Shown piece after piece: positions 10,954 to 23,137 of a stretch of 49,884 bases of DNA (the stretch's first letter is position 1; the number at the start of each line of letters is the position of its first letter). Origin of the DNA: Octopus bimaculoides (lineage: Eukaryota); contig NC_068982.1 of assembly GCF_001194135.2 (NCBI RefSeq), forward strand, positions 134,213,276 to 134,263,159. Reading direction: 5' to 3'. A program made the position numbers and the translations under genes. The notes below the pieces were generated by a model, which saw only the letters and a program-made list of their open reading frames with translations, searched no databases and was not told the origin of the DNA.

Positions 10954-11217
10954 CAGTAACAAAAGATGTATTCAAGGATGTGTCACTTAACACATTGTTA
11001 GCTATAGTCCATATTTCCACGTTATACTTTGTACCATCCTTTGACAATTTTAATTGTATGCTTTGCAAGCTACTGTTTACAGTGTAATTGATTTCATTTT
11101 CACTTCCGTATTTAATTAGCCATTCATCTCTACCAGATTTCTGATTGTCAAATTTCCATTCAATAGTAACATTTGTTCCAGTAACACGTTTTGTTATGCT
11201 AGTTGGTTTTAAGGGTC
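10954..11217 (-). CDS. Exon 4: FN3 domain 2 ((R)PLKPTSITKRVTGTNVTIEWKFD...GTKYNVEIWTIANNVLSDTSLNTSFVT)
   Basis: Poly-T acceptor ending TAG|, donor CTG|GTAAGT; 264 nt, phase 1-1, no stops. The junction codon C+GA gives the typical 'T-R-P' inter-FN3 linker; conserved W and Y are present. Not listed in the ORF track because it has no ATG. Confidence 0.9.
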
Positions 11218-11386
11218 CTAAAAAAAAAAATGGATTTTATGCATCAAAAAAGTAATTATCAGTATCATACATGCATGAAAAAAATACAAAATTTACATAA
11301 ATATTTTAGTGTATTTCAAATAAATATTTTATATGATTTATGTGCAAAAATAATTGCACGTTTTAACCATCAACTTTAAAGCAATA

Positions 11387-14170
11387 CTCTCGAGTCCAAA
11401 ATAATAGGGGTGGGTGGAATAAGCAGGTGGGTTGGACATTTCCATAAATTCATATAAGGGAGTTGGTTGGAAAATTGGTAATTGTATAGTGGTAACTGTA
11501 TAAAATTTTTAAATTTTCTAAGTTATCTCCCTTGATTTTTTAAAACCCAGTTATTTATTCTTCGGTCCCAAATAATAGTGGTGGAGGGAATAAGCGGATG
11601 GGTTGGACATATGCTTAAATTCATATAAGCGGGTGGGTTCGAATAAACGGGGGTGCGTAACTATATACTGAATGTACACAAATCAGGAAAAAAAACATCT
11701 TAAAGCACATATAACGACACAACGAGGCAAAAGAAGTGAACAAGGTGTGAAATTAGCAAATAAGTGTGCTTCAAATGCTCGCTTTGGTTAAGATATACAT
11801 TTGAATAATAAAAATAAGACATTGGTTAATTATGGGATTTTTTTTTGATTTTTTTTTAAATGCTGTGGACTAAAAAGATACTGATACAAGTAACATGTTT
11901 TAAAAAGAAATAAAGTAAAACACAATGAAAAGAGTATAATTACTGTTTCATGAACTTGGAGTACTTATTGTACTATACGTAATAAAGTATAGCATTCCAT
12001 AAATAGGTATAAATGATAGACTCATGATCTTCTGTCACTATCCTTCTGCAGGTTTCTTTGGTTTCAATATTCGCTTCTTTATTGATCGCCAAACTTCACT
12101 GACAGTTGGCAGGAGTTTGCTTCAATATGGCAAGAAAAGTGTAGAGGTCTCGTTTCCACCCAACACCTGTATTTTTTCAAGGAACAGGGCTTCTTTATAA
12201 CTGTTGAGTCTTAAAAGAGAGATACAGCTTCCTGACACCATGCTTTGGCTCCTGTGAAACGTCCATGGGGATTTCTCCAGATAGGTCAATCACCTCCAAA
12301 AGATTCCCAGATGGCTTGCTTTCATCTTCCGACTCACTTTCAGCAGCTTTGTCCTCAATGCCGTCACCATCAAATAGTTCTGAGCCTTCAACATTGTTTG
12401 CACGCTCGACCTCTTTCAGCGGAATAAAATTCTTAATGACTCTGAATAGTATTTGGGCAGGGTTTTGACATCATCTCTAGACAAAACTCTCGCATCAATA
12501 GACTGGTAAGGTACATGATTCAGTCTGACACCTTATAATCTTCAGAGCCATCAAAAGTGTTTGTGGCCCACATTGACTTGAAAGCAGCTACCACATTAGT
12601 CGTGCCATTTGCATGTGCTTGATGTAGTACCTGCATCATCTCAGATCAATTGGGTGTGGGTATTTTATTCAGAGTTTGAACTAACTTTTCTAGCATCTTT
12701 GCTTTCTCTATTTCGCAATATTTTGCTTTCAGTTGTCTATGCAAGTACATGCTATTACTTTGAACAGATCTGGTGATACCACCGCTGTTGATGACTAGCA
12801 CATAATCCCCTTTTCCAGAGGGTGTCTCTCACTTCTGGCATCAAATGTACTATGTAATCATCAAGCACATAAATGTCAAAGTTTGCATGTGAAAACATAT
12901 TGAATCGGTTTGGAAGGTTTTCAATAGCACAGAGTAGCTGTTCTAATCTATAAGAGACAATGAAATATCAATGGTCTCTTTAGGAGACCAATGCTATTTC
13001 ATTGTAGGCAGGGCATTCAGTAGTGGTGGTCTTTTTCCAGTTTCTTTAAATACAATCTCTGGGATAAGATTGACTTCGGTATCATTGCTAACCTGTGTGA
13101 ACACTGTGATATATTCCCTAGACAAAAGGTTTTCTTTGACAAATATACCTTGATTTCTGAATGATAAGGTAGCTTGTCTGCTACTTTCATTCTGGTGCAA
13201 GGATATTTGATTTTCATTGATAATAGGAGGATCTAAACAAAACTTGTCTAAGAAATAACAACGCACACTCCATATGTTCTTCAAATAATCCTGAATGTGC
13301 TCAACACATTGTTCTTTGGAGACTGAAATGCGTTTGTTTGGAAATTTCAGTGATATCCCGTACTCTTTTTGCCAACCTTTCATCTGGCTTTCTGAAAAAC
13401 AAATCTTTTCCTCAGTTGATGTGTCTGGGTGCTGGCAAATCTACTCCTCATAAAATTTCTCAGCCTGTAATAGGAAAAGAGTTTGTGGTAATCTCGCATG
13501 CAGCGTTATTCTAACATCCACAAACCATTCAAACAAGGCTTCTCTCATGCCTGGTACTTTTGTTTTACAACCTCCTCCAGTGACTTTGAAGAGAGCGTCT
13601 CATAAAGCGAGATTTATATATCTTAAATTTGCAGAGGAATTTGTAGTGGGTAGTTTAGCTTAATCGGTCAAAGCATCGTGACGCGTAATCACGGGGATGT
13701 GAGTTCGAGTCCACAGCTAGCCACCTACACTTTTCTCTGCAAAATAGAGGTAGTTTATCCTGTTCAGGCTATATTATTAGCATTATTCTGTGATTGAGAA
13801 TTTAAAATCACTTCTTTAAATTTCTTCAGATTTTTTTTCCAGCACTGTCAAGTTCACCTTTCAGATATTTTTCATAACAGCATTTAGCTACTTTAACAGC
13901 AGAATCAAACAGTTGATCAGAGTTTTTAACACCAGCCAAATTCAAGTAAAACAAACTAACTGCTTTGGTGAGATATTCCTGTTTCAGGGTGTCTGGGACA
14001 TGGCATTTCCTTTTAGCATCTCAATGAGTTTTCCCTTTCATTCACTCTAATTCAGAATCATACTCCTCGTTGCATTTGTTCATCACGATAGCAAATGCTT
14101 GCTTTTCTTCTATAGAATAATTTCCATACGTTGCACCATGAAATACTCTTTTCTCTGTTATGATGTTATG
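11387..14170 (-). mobile_element. Decayed pogo-like (DDE_1) DNA transposon
   Basis: Transposase remnants MREALFEWFVDVR, WQKEYGISLKFPNKR, DPPIINENQISLHQNESS, VLDDY over ~12000-14170. Tandem subterminal repeats at 11387-11660 (CCAAATAATAG...GGAATAAGC...GGTTGGACAT twice). The other terminus was not found. Confidence 0.75.
13649..13722 (+). tRNA. tRNA-Thr(CGT)-like pseudogene or tRNA-derived head
   Basis: D stem GCTT/AAGC, anticodon stem TCGTGA/TCACGG with loop CGCGTAA, T loop TTCGAGT, acceptor GGTAGTT/AGCTAGC with one mismatch, T4 at 13731-13734. Non-canonical G33, an extra base before the anticodon arm and a 1-nt deletion in the T stem. Confidence 0.55.
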
Positions 14171-15204
14171 AAAAAAAGTTCAAAGAGAAATTACTTGAGT
14201 TGTGTTGATGTTGCTAAATCCTTATTCTGTAAAACACTTGTCTTGTAAGGATAAACAGTTCATCATTGAAGTTCTTAGTTTGTGTGGAATTTGTGTTGGT
14301 GATTGCTAGAGAAATTGAAAACAAAGATTTGTTGACTACAGTGTAGAGTGGCAGTAAACTCATGCACATGTTACAGACTGGAGCAGTTGACCAGCCTCAA
14401 ATTTTTATAAACTCTGGCTGGTTGTAAAGCATATATTATGACAGCAATTTCTCTGTTTTATATGTATCCTGAAACAGATGTGTTGTATCTTGAAATGATT
14501 GATCTTCTTAAGGTTGAAAGTTATTTATGCCCTAAAATGTTGAAGGCTCACCCACATAAATGTTGGTTATATGTACTGAGGATAAATATTTTTCTTTCAT
14601 GCGTTATGAAAACAAATAGAACACTCCAGGTTTTCTTCCCATTCCTGTCATCTGTTATTTTTTTGTTTTTGCCATGCTGATTCACAATTTGTGTCAGTAT
14701 AAATAACAATGAATTCCTCAGAGTTTCTTGTTTTGTGCTAGTACTAGTAACGGGAGTCAGTTTAATCAACTTTCCCCTTCTTTTTAAATTGCTGGCCTTG
14801 TGCCTAAATATTAGGCAACATGCCTTGAAGCATAGAGTTATGGCCCATTACATTCTGAGTTCAATCCCACACCAGTAATGTACTGGGCTGCTTTAATCCA
14901 CTTGTTCCACCCAACAAATTGTTGGCCTTGTGCCTAAATGAGAAATCATTATTTAAAATTTTCTAGGCTGTCACCCTTAATTTTTTTTTTTTAAACCAAA
15001 ATTAGTTATTTAGTTTATATATCCTATGTATTTTATAAGATATGGTATAACTTGTAATGTTTTTGTTATATATATATAATATTTTTAACATAAAATAAAA
15101 TAATCATTAGATTCTCCAACTGAACTATCAATATGAAATGCTTACATTAACCTTAATAAGGCCAAAATTCTCAAGATTTTCTAAGTATATATTAACAGAA
15201 GTGA

Positions 15205-15334
15205 AATGTGGCTATAGATGCAGGCATGACTGTGGTAAGAAGTTTGCTTCCCAACCAGATGGTTCTGGGTACAAACCCATTGTGTGGCACCTTGGGCAAG
15301 TATCTTCAAAGTATCTGAAAGAGAGCCATCGTGG

Positions 15335-15433
<99 letters not shown>

Positions 15434-15635
15434 TTTGTGACTATGTTTGTCCCCTACCACTGTTTGACAGCCAGTGTTGATGTGTTTACATCCCCATTAC
15501 TTAGCAGTTCAGCAAAATAGACCGATAAAATAAGTGCCAGACTTGAAAAGAATAAGAACTGCAGTTGATACATTCAACTAAAATTACTCTCCATCGTTGC
15601 AGTCTCATTACTGAAACAAGTAAGATATATAAAAA
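15205..15635 (+). mobile_element. Decayed family A SINE with expanded central (TG)n (15336-15432)
   Basis: Recognisable head (TGTGGTAAGAAGTTTGCTT...GGCACCTTGGGCAAGT) and tail (TGAAACAAGTAA). Confidence 0.8.
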
Positions 15636-15854
15636 ATAAAAAAGGGGAATAGTAAACAAAAGTTAGAATTACACAGTAACACTACTAGCAAGCATCTGTA
15701 AGAAAATAATACATTTCAAAATAATATCTTAAGCATTAAGTAATACAGTGTTATAGTATTCTTGGTGTATTCAAGTTACATTTCTGTTATTGTTAAGGTA
15801 TGAAAAAATAAAGACATATATATTTCTTTTAAAATAATAATTATTATTACTTAC

Positions 15855-16080
15855 GTGTGGACAATTCCCAAGTAAGTGATGAATTAACCACACTAATATT
15901 GTACAAAGTTCCGGGGTGAAGCCATTTAATTGTAATTGAGGTTGAATTGATAACTACTATGGTGTCAGATAGTACAGTATCATTGTCAGCAAATCTGACC
16001 TCTACAGTAGATGCATTAACAGAGGCAGAAATCACAATAGAGGTTGAAGTTAAGGCTTCTGAAGTTAAGACTTCTGGCAC
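15855..16080 (-). CDS. Exon 3: divergent FN3 domain 1 (VPEVLTSEALTSTSIVIS...SITIKWLHPGTLYNISVVNSSLTWELST)
   Basis: Acceptor TTTTGTTTTACAG|, donor C|GTAAGT; 226 nt, phase 0 to phase 1, in frame with exon 2. Contains the FN3 'L.PGT.Y.I.V' motif. Confidence 0.88.
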
Positions 16081-16339
16081 CTGTAAAACAAAACTTTATT
16101 ATTTAACCATTCAATAGCTGAAGCAAAAATTAAAAACAATTACTTTGGAAAAAATAAAATATTAGAAATATACCTTTAAATGCTTGTGATAAGTTATTGA
16201 TAATGAGGTTTTATTTTTCCAAAAGAGCCAGTCAGGGAGTACTGGTATTGGCCACAATTAGTTGGTGCTTTTTATGTGCCACCGGTACAGGAGCCAGTCA
16301 GGCACACCTAGTCTCTCATTAAGTGTCTATGACCAAAAG

Positions 16340-16735
16340 GAATGGCTGTGTGTTAAGTAGCTTGCTAACGAACCACATGGTTCCGGGTTCAGTCCCACTG
16401 CGTGGCACCTTGGGCAAGTGTCTTCTACTATAGCCTCGGGCCAACCAAAGCCTTTTGAGTGGATATGGTAGACGGAAACTCAAAGAAGCCCATCGTATAT
16501 ATGTATATATATGTATGTATGTGCGTGTATATGTTTGTGCGTCTATGTTTGTCCTCCCCAACATCACTTGACAACAGATGCCGGTGTGTTTACATCCCCT
16601 AACTTAGCGGTTCGGCAAAAGGAACCGATAGAATAAGTACTAGGCTTACAAAGAATAAGTCCTGGGGTCGATTTTCTCGACTAAAGGTGGTGCTCCAGCA
16701 TGGCCACAGTCAAATGACTGAAACAGGTATAAAAA
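16340..16735 (+). mobile_element. Family A tRNA-derived SINE
   Basis: Near-identical to the copy at 21663-22063. Confidence 0.9.
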
Positions 16736-17399
16736 AAAAAGAAGTTATAGCTACTAACGGTTTAAAAAAAAAACTTGATAGCATTCCCTTCATCATATAC
16801 GCAATCATCACATTCTGTTAAAATGTTTTATTGATGTGTTTGGTTTCTTTCTTTCCCTGATGAGAAGATTGCATTGTTTTACACTAGATGAAAATGATGT
16901 AATGGGGGTATATGCATGATTTGCTAGGCCTCTGCTGATTACTCCGACACACAGGAGCTATAGGGATAGAATGGGGCATGCCAACGCTAGGCCGAAACAG
17001 CTGTAAGTTTCTGTATATTCTCCAATTGCTAAATGTACTTTATATTTGTAACCTTAATTGTTAATATGGCATGGTATGTCATAANNNNNNNNNNAATTGC
17101 TAAATGTACTTTATATTTGTAACCTTAATTGTTAATATGGCATGGTATGTCATAAGCATCTGTATATTGTGGTTTTTGTCATTTTAGTTACAAAATAAAC
17201 AAATTAATTCAATGGAATACACTGTCTGCAAGTCGATGGATACCGCATGTTCTCCTTCATTTTCTTATTGCTATATAAATTTAGGGTAAAATAACCCCCT
17301 TTTACCCGCACCCACTTATTACACTTGGTATAACACTAGTGTAACAATAATTGGGTACCCTCCCAGCAGTATATTGGATAGATACTATCCCTTAGTGGG

Positions 17400-17427
17400 T
17401 TGAATCCTCAACCCCTAACTCTCTTGC

Positions 17428-17461
<34 letters not shown>

Positions 17462-18830
17462 TGTCAGTGCTGGTGTTTCTGCCACTTAATGCATTGCTGC
17501 TGCCTCGACCATTTCCGTTCTTGTCGTTGATGTTGTTTGATGAGCTACTGCAGCTATTACTCTGGTTGTTAGGGCTGGATATTACCACTCCCTCATATAC
17601 ATCTTCCTTAGCCTCACATTGGCCTCCTCCACTGGGCAGCCATTGTATTCTCTGCATGAGCAACCAGCCTCTGTTCTTGTTTTATAGGTGTTTAACAATA
17701 TTCTTTTCATATTGGATGCACAACTAAAGGAGACCCTTAGGTTCTGCCTATTCAACAAACATCAATGCCTGTGTCTCTGTGTAAAGTGCTTGTCTACTGA
17801 CCTAAGGAATATTCTTCCCACACATTTTAACATTGAGTGAGAAGGGTGGGGCAAACCAAATGACATTCTGGTGGTGCTTCATTTTCTGAGTGCTAAGGTC
17901 CGGCAAATAGAGGATGTGGTCCTTAAACCCACTGGATGCCAGGGCCTAATTGTAATAGGGAGCTACGGTGTCAAACATTTTTTTGATTCAAGGACAGATT
18001 TGAGATCCTCTTGCTGACACCCTTCACTAGTTCCTGAACATGATACATGGATGGCAGGAGGCTGTGTTGATGTACAACGGCCTCTTGTTTGGTTCTACAG
18101 TAAGGTCTCAATTGTTATTTTGAGTTCCATGGAACCTAGAGCACTACAAGTGTGTGCCCATTGGTTATTCTAGAAATGGCCAGGGCATCATTTCTGTAGA
18201 GATCAAAGAGGACTGAAAGAACTTCTTCCCTAAAATGTCCAGGATGTATAGCTCAATGAGGTCATAACTGTCAGTGCTGTTGTAAGCTCTCATTGCCATA
18301 TTGAAGGAACATTTGAAGTCAGATTGCTTAACCCAGGTCGAACCTTTATTAAACAGCACCATTTTCCTGGTGTGCATGTCTCTATCATTAATGTCAGTGA
18401 AACCCCTAGCAAAGCAAAGGTCAGTAACCTTTCAATATAAACAGGTTAAAGTCAACTATATTATTTTGGGCAAACCTTACTCTACCTCTCTCCTGGTTGA
18501 AATTAAACTATGAAATTTCCTTGTTGGTGCTGTGCCGTAGGGAGAAGTTGGAAGCTCTCCATATGTTGTCATTGATCTTATTTAGTATATATTTACTCAC
18601 CAGACCAATCTCAGATTTGTCTGGGGTGATCAGGAAGCATTTGGGGTTAGAGGAAAAGTTCAGTTTGATTGTGATTAAGGCATTCCTCTTGGCTAATATT
18701 TCTACTATACTAGCTACACCTAGGCTATTGGCTAACTGTTTAGTTTCACTGTTAATGTTGTTGTATGTGTGCAGGGAAGCACACCTATACTTCTGTGTTA
18801 TGCAATCATCTAAAGGTCTATGGAAAAGGT
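17400..18830 (-). pseudogene. Decayed Penelope-like element RT (plus start of the endonuclease linker)
   Basis: INSETKQLANSLG...NALITIK-NFSSNPKCFLITPDKSEIGLVSKYILNKIN and FNMAMRAYNSTDSYDLIELYILDIL match the Penelope RT motifs 'NPKCRLINPAKSEIG' and '[22 protein letters not shown]'. Confidence 0.75.
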
Positions 18831-18882
18831 ATCTATTTATACATACACACACACATGCATATATATATATATATATATATAT

Positions 18883-19240
18883 ATCATCATAATCGTTTGA
18901 CATCCATCTTCCATGCTTGCATGAGTAGAAGAGTTGACAGGAGTTAGCCAGATAGAAGACTATCCCAGGCAACAGTGTCTGTTTTGGCAGGGATTTTACA
19001 ACTGGATGCCATTCCTAACACCAACTACTCTGCAAAGTGTAGGCTAGATGCTTTTTACTTGGCACCAGCACTGGCAGGGTCACCAAGTAACTTGCAAGAC
19101 AAAGAATTTTGAGAGGAGTAGGGTCATTGAAGGAGGGGATCTTGTGTCAGATGATGAAAGGTAAGAGCATGACAGAGAAATAGAGAGGCAGGTGTCTTGC
19201 TATAGGGGAGGTACATGGTTATTCAATGAGAGAGAGAGAG
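18883..19240 (-). mobile_element. Older RTE-type 3' UTR (second subfamily), partial
   Basis: Reverse complement matches 33200-33630 and 45900-46280 (CAAGATCCCC...GTCTTGCAAGTTACTTGGTGACCCTG...). Confidence 0.7.
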
Positions 19241-19331
19241 AGGAGAAAGAGAGGGAGAGAGAGTGAGAGGAGGAGAGAGGGAAGAGAGAGAGGAAGATAT
19301 ATGAGAAAGAGGACAGAAAGAGTATACATAC

Positions 19332-19372
<41 letters not shown>

Positions 19373-19375
19373 CAG

Positions 19376-19647
19376 GTGCCGCTGGACTGGCTCCTGTGCA
19401 GGTGGCACGTAAAATACACCATTTTGAGCGTGGCCGTTACCAGTACCGCCTGACTGGCCTTCGTGCCGGTGGCAATGTAAAAGCACCCACTACACTCTCA
19501 GAGTGGTTGGCGTTAGGAAGGGCATCCAGCTGTAGAAACTCTGCCAAATCAGATTGGAGCCTGGTGTAGCCATCTGGTTCACCAGTCCTCAGTCTAATCG
19601 TCCAACCCATGCTAGCATGGAAAGCGGACGTTAAACAATGATGATGA

Positions 19648-19651
<4 letters not shown>
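19376..19651 (+). mobile_element. RTE LINE 3' UTR fragment
   Basis: Shared body and (GAT)n tail. Confidence 0.9.
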
Positions 19652-19689
<38 letters not shown>

Positions 19690-20384
19690 CACCATCATTG
19701 TTTAATGTCCAGCAAGAAATAGTATATCAAGGGTAAAATATACAATCAAAATCTAGCAACCTCAATAGTAAGCGAATAAAAAGTATAAAATCAAAAACTG
19801 TTAAACCAGGAAGCTAAATGTAGTGTGTACAGTGAGAAAGTACCATGAAAAAATAGCTAGTGATATTAAAAACTGGGCTTTCGTGAGAAATTCTTTGCAA
19901 ACCTTCACATCACAAAGACGCCATTGAAATTACACTCTACTTGAATTCTAGTAAAAATCTAGGACATAACTATTTCGTATTAGAGTCATGAGGACTGGAG
20001 TTTAACAGACACATTTGTCTGAATATCTAATTGATATATTAAGCACTATAAACAAAGCAGCATTTAAGAGTGTGTTTATTTTTATAGGGATATTTTTTCC
20101 TTTGATAGACATATGGCAGGGACTTGTGTGTGTACACTTGTATAATAATATCTTTTACCTTTTAAGTGCAGTGAACAAAATATAACAGTTTCATTATTTT
20201 ATACATACATTCTCAATAAACTGCATATTATTATATATTTGTTATATAAAAACTCTAGTGGAAGAAGGTGTAAATGAATTGATATGGAGATAGGGTGATA
20301 AATTGAATATTAATTCAATTTAAAACCAAGTGGCCTAACATATAAAAAATCTGAAAATTCAGAAAAATTGTATTACATGTGTAT

Positions 20385-20504
20385 AAGAAGGGATGACCAC
20401 TAAGTGGACATCAGATATGCTAGAAAGAAGTCATCAACGACCCAACCACTGTTGATCACCTCTTTCTAGCATATCCGATGTCCACTTAGTGGTCATCCCT
20501 TCTT
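20385..20504. mobile_element. 120-bp near-perfect palindrome (MITE-like)
   Basis: 44-bp arms at 20385-20428 and 20461-20504 with one mismatch; TATA flanks. Confidence 0.7.
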
Positions 20505-20518
20505 GTATACATATATAT

Positions 20519-20789
20519 CGCTGGACTGGCTCCTGTGCAGGTGGCACGTAAAAAACACCTTTTGAGCATGGCCGTTGCCAGTATCGCCTAACTGGCCCTT
20601 GTGCCGGTGGCACATAAAAGCACCCACTACACTCTCGGAGTGGTTGGCGTTAGGAAGGGTATCCAGCTGTAGAAACTCTGCCAGATCAGACTGGAGCCTG
20701 GTGCAGCCTTCTGGCTTGCCAGTCCTCAGTCAAATCGTCCAACCCATGCCAGCATGGAAAGCGGACGTTAAACAATGATGATGATGATA
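20519..20789 (+). mobile_element. RTE LINE 3' UTR fragment
   Basis: Shared body and (GAT)n tail. Confidence 0.9.
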
Positions 20790-21662
20790 TAGGATATTAG
20801 CAAACTAGGCTATTAGCAAATATTCTATCAGTTAAAAGATACACATGGGTGTGTTACTAGACAGAAAGTTAAGAAAACATTCCATATAGATTATAATTAA
20901 ATAAATAAATTCATCGTCATCATCATCATCAACATCATCGTTTATACCCATTTTTCAAGGTGTGCATTGATAGGACAGGTGTTCTCCATTTATTATAGCC
21001 CCATAACATCACCTTTGTGAATGTCAACAATCTGATATCAGCCTTCCTTACTTCTTCTATCTTCTGCAGATATTATCACTTGGATCATTTGGCACTTCAC
21101 CACACTATCGCCTTTTATGCACATTGCATGTCGATACCAGTGCTGTCTTCTCTCTTACACACTGCAGTTGATTCTGATTAAACTAATTTTTTCCATTGCA
21201 TTTTTGTGCTCCATTATTCACATAAGCTAATGTTGTGTATCTCATAAAGCATGTTCAACCTCTACATATCTTCCATATATAATGGTCATATTTCACTACC
21301 AAGCATCTTTTTATATGGCTTATGCATCCCTACAAAGCCATTAATCTACCCACCTCCATTTCCTCAGTGGCCACCAAATTACACATAGACCCCAGTCAAA
21401 GTCTGTCTCCAAGTGAACACATGCAAGATGTAGTGGCTTCCTCTTAGCTAAGAACTTTTTTTATAGTTGTCTCACCGGTTTCCAGATAAGGTAATATTTT
21501 CCCCTACTACAGACACCTTTTTTCACAGAATATGGTAAAGAAATGATACCATTTGTATGACACATTTGTTGTCAATAAGTGCATGATGTCAACACAACAA
21601 GATACATATACACACTCATGAGTGCATACATACACACATACACATAAACATTATATACACAT

Positions 21663-22063
21663 AGGCGCAGGAGTGGCTGTGTAGTAAGTAGCTTGCTTAC
21701 CAACCACATGGTTCCGGGTTCATTCCCACTGCGTGGCACCTTGGGCAAGTGTTTTCTACTATAGCCTTGGGCCGACCAAAGCCTTGTGAGTGGATTTGGT
21801 AGATGGAAACTGAAAGAAGTCCGTCATATATATGTATATATGTATGTGTGTGTATATGTTTGTGTGTCTGTGTTTGTCCCCCCTCCCAACATCACTTGAC
21901 AACCGATGCTGTTGTGTTTACGTCCCCGTAACTTAGTGGTTCGGCAAAAGGGACCAATAGAATAAGTACTAGGCTTACAAAGAATAAGTCCTGGGGTCGA
22001 TTTGCTCGACTAAAGGCGGTGCTCCAGCATGGCCACAGTCAAATGACTGAAACTAGTAAAAGA
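21663..22063 (+). mobile_element. Full-length family A tRNA-derived SINE (~400 bp)
   Basis: AGGCGCAGGAGTGGCTGTG head, box B GGTTCATTCCC, central AT/GT microsatellite, AGTAAAAGAG tail. Confidence 0.9.
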
Positions 22064-22072
22064 GTACATAAA

Positions 22073-22105
<33 letters not shown>

Positions 22106-22847
22106 GGTTTCCATCGAATTCATTCACAATGCTGACCAACATGTCTGTTGAAGTTGCTAGCCACAATAACAGTATCAAAGTCAATTGTCACTGTGGTAAT
22201 TTAAACAAGGATTTCATAGAAGTGGTTCTTTTGTTCTTCAAATTAATCCTGTTTCTTGTATATATACAAAGATAAATGTTGTTGTTGAGTTGTCGCATCT
22301 TAATTATCTTAACTATACACCTTAACATTATCCATTTCTCAGCTCAATTAGTTTACTCATTTCTCAGCAAGTAGTATGCCTTCCCAACACCTGCTGCCAC
22401 TTTTGCTTGCCCAAAAGAATTTGTATTGCTGTTTTTTTCTTGTGAGGAGTTTGGTTGAGGATCCATTCCTCTTTAACTGTTGCATACAACACACACCTAC
22501 TCATTTCCACAATCTCAATAAATCTCCCTTTCATTATGCCTAAATTGTTGGTTAAATCCCTAAAAATTGAAATTGAAAGAAAGAGGGCATGAAATTTTGG
22601 TGATAAATCTGTTGGATGACATTTATACACATATACACACATGTATGTGCATGTGTGTATGTGTATATATGTGTGTGTATGTGTATATATGTGTGTGTAT
22701 GTATGTATGTTATTGTTCAGTTTTATTTCAAGATTTCTTGCCAATAGAGAAAGAGCTGGTTTCTACATACATGGTTTCCTACATACATTTCATTTCCATA
22801 TCTACCTAAATCAATCTTGAAAGAGAAAGGAAACACAAAGCACTTAC

Positions 22848-22913
22848 CTGAATAAAGAAGGCAGCAAAAAATGCAACGCTCAGCACAAACAGCTTTGGTT
22901 GCCTATCAGCCAT
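22848..22913 (-). CDS. First coding exon (exon 2) of an FN3-repeat cell-surface protein: signal peptide MADRQPKLFVLSVAFFAAFFIQ
   Basis: ATG at 22913-22911 with an in-frame upstream TGA; 22 codons of a basic N-terminus plus a hydrophobic core; donor CAG|GTAAGT after 22848 (phase 0). Acceptor TTTCAG| places the exon start at 22971 (alternatively 22962), so 22971-22914 is 5' UTR. Confidence 0.85.
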
Positions 22914-23137
22914 ACTCTTATTCTTAGATTGTCACTTGGACAATGGAACTACCTCAGTAATGCTGAAAACCCTGAAATATTCAATGCAAGAAACATAAGC
23001 CTTAAAGAACATATCAAAGCATAAATTAAATAATGATAAGAGAACAGTAACTTTTAAAACAAAATTTACATTAACATTAAAATTAACATTTCTTTTTTAA
23101 ATTAACTGAATTTTGCTTACACAAAGCCCAACTAATT

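Noticed and set aside
13586-13630. Possible degenerate hammerhead at the left end of the tRNA-like insert
   Set aside because: CTGANGA is incomplete, GAGA replaces GAAA and stem II is only 2 bp; too weak to call.
17020-17155. Exact ~60-bp direct repeat
   Set aside because: Also flanks a 10-N gap; assembly artefact.
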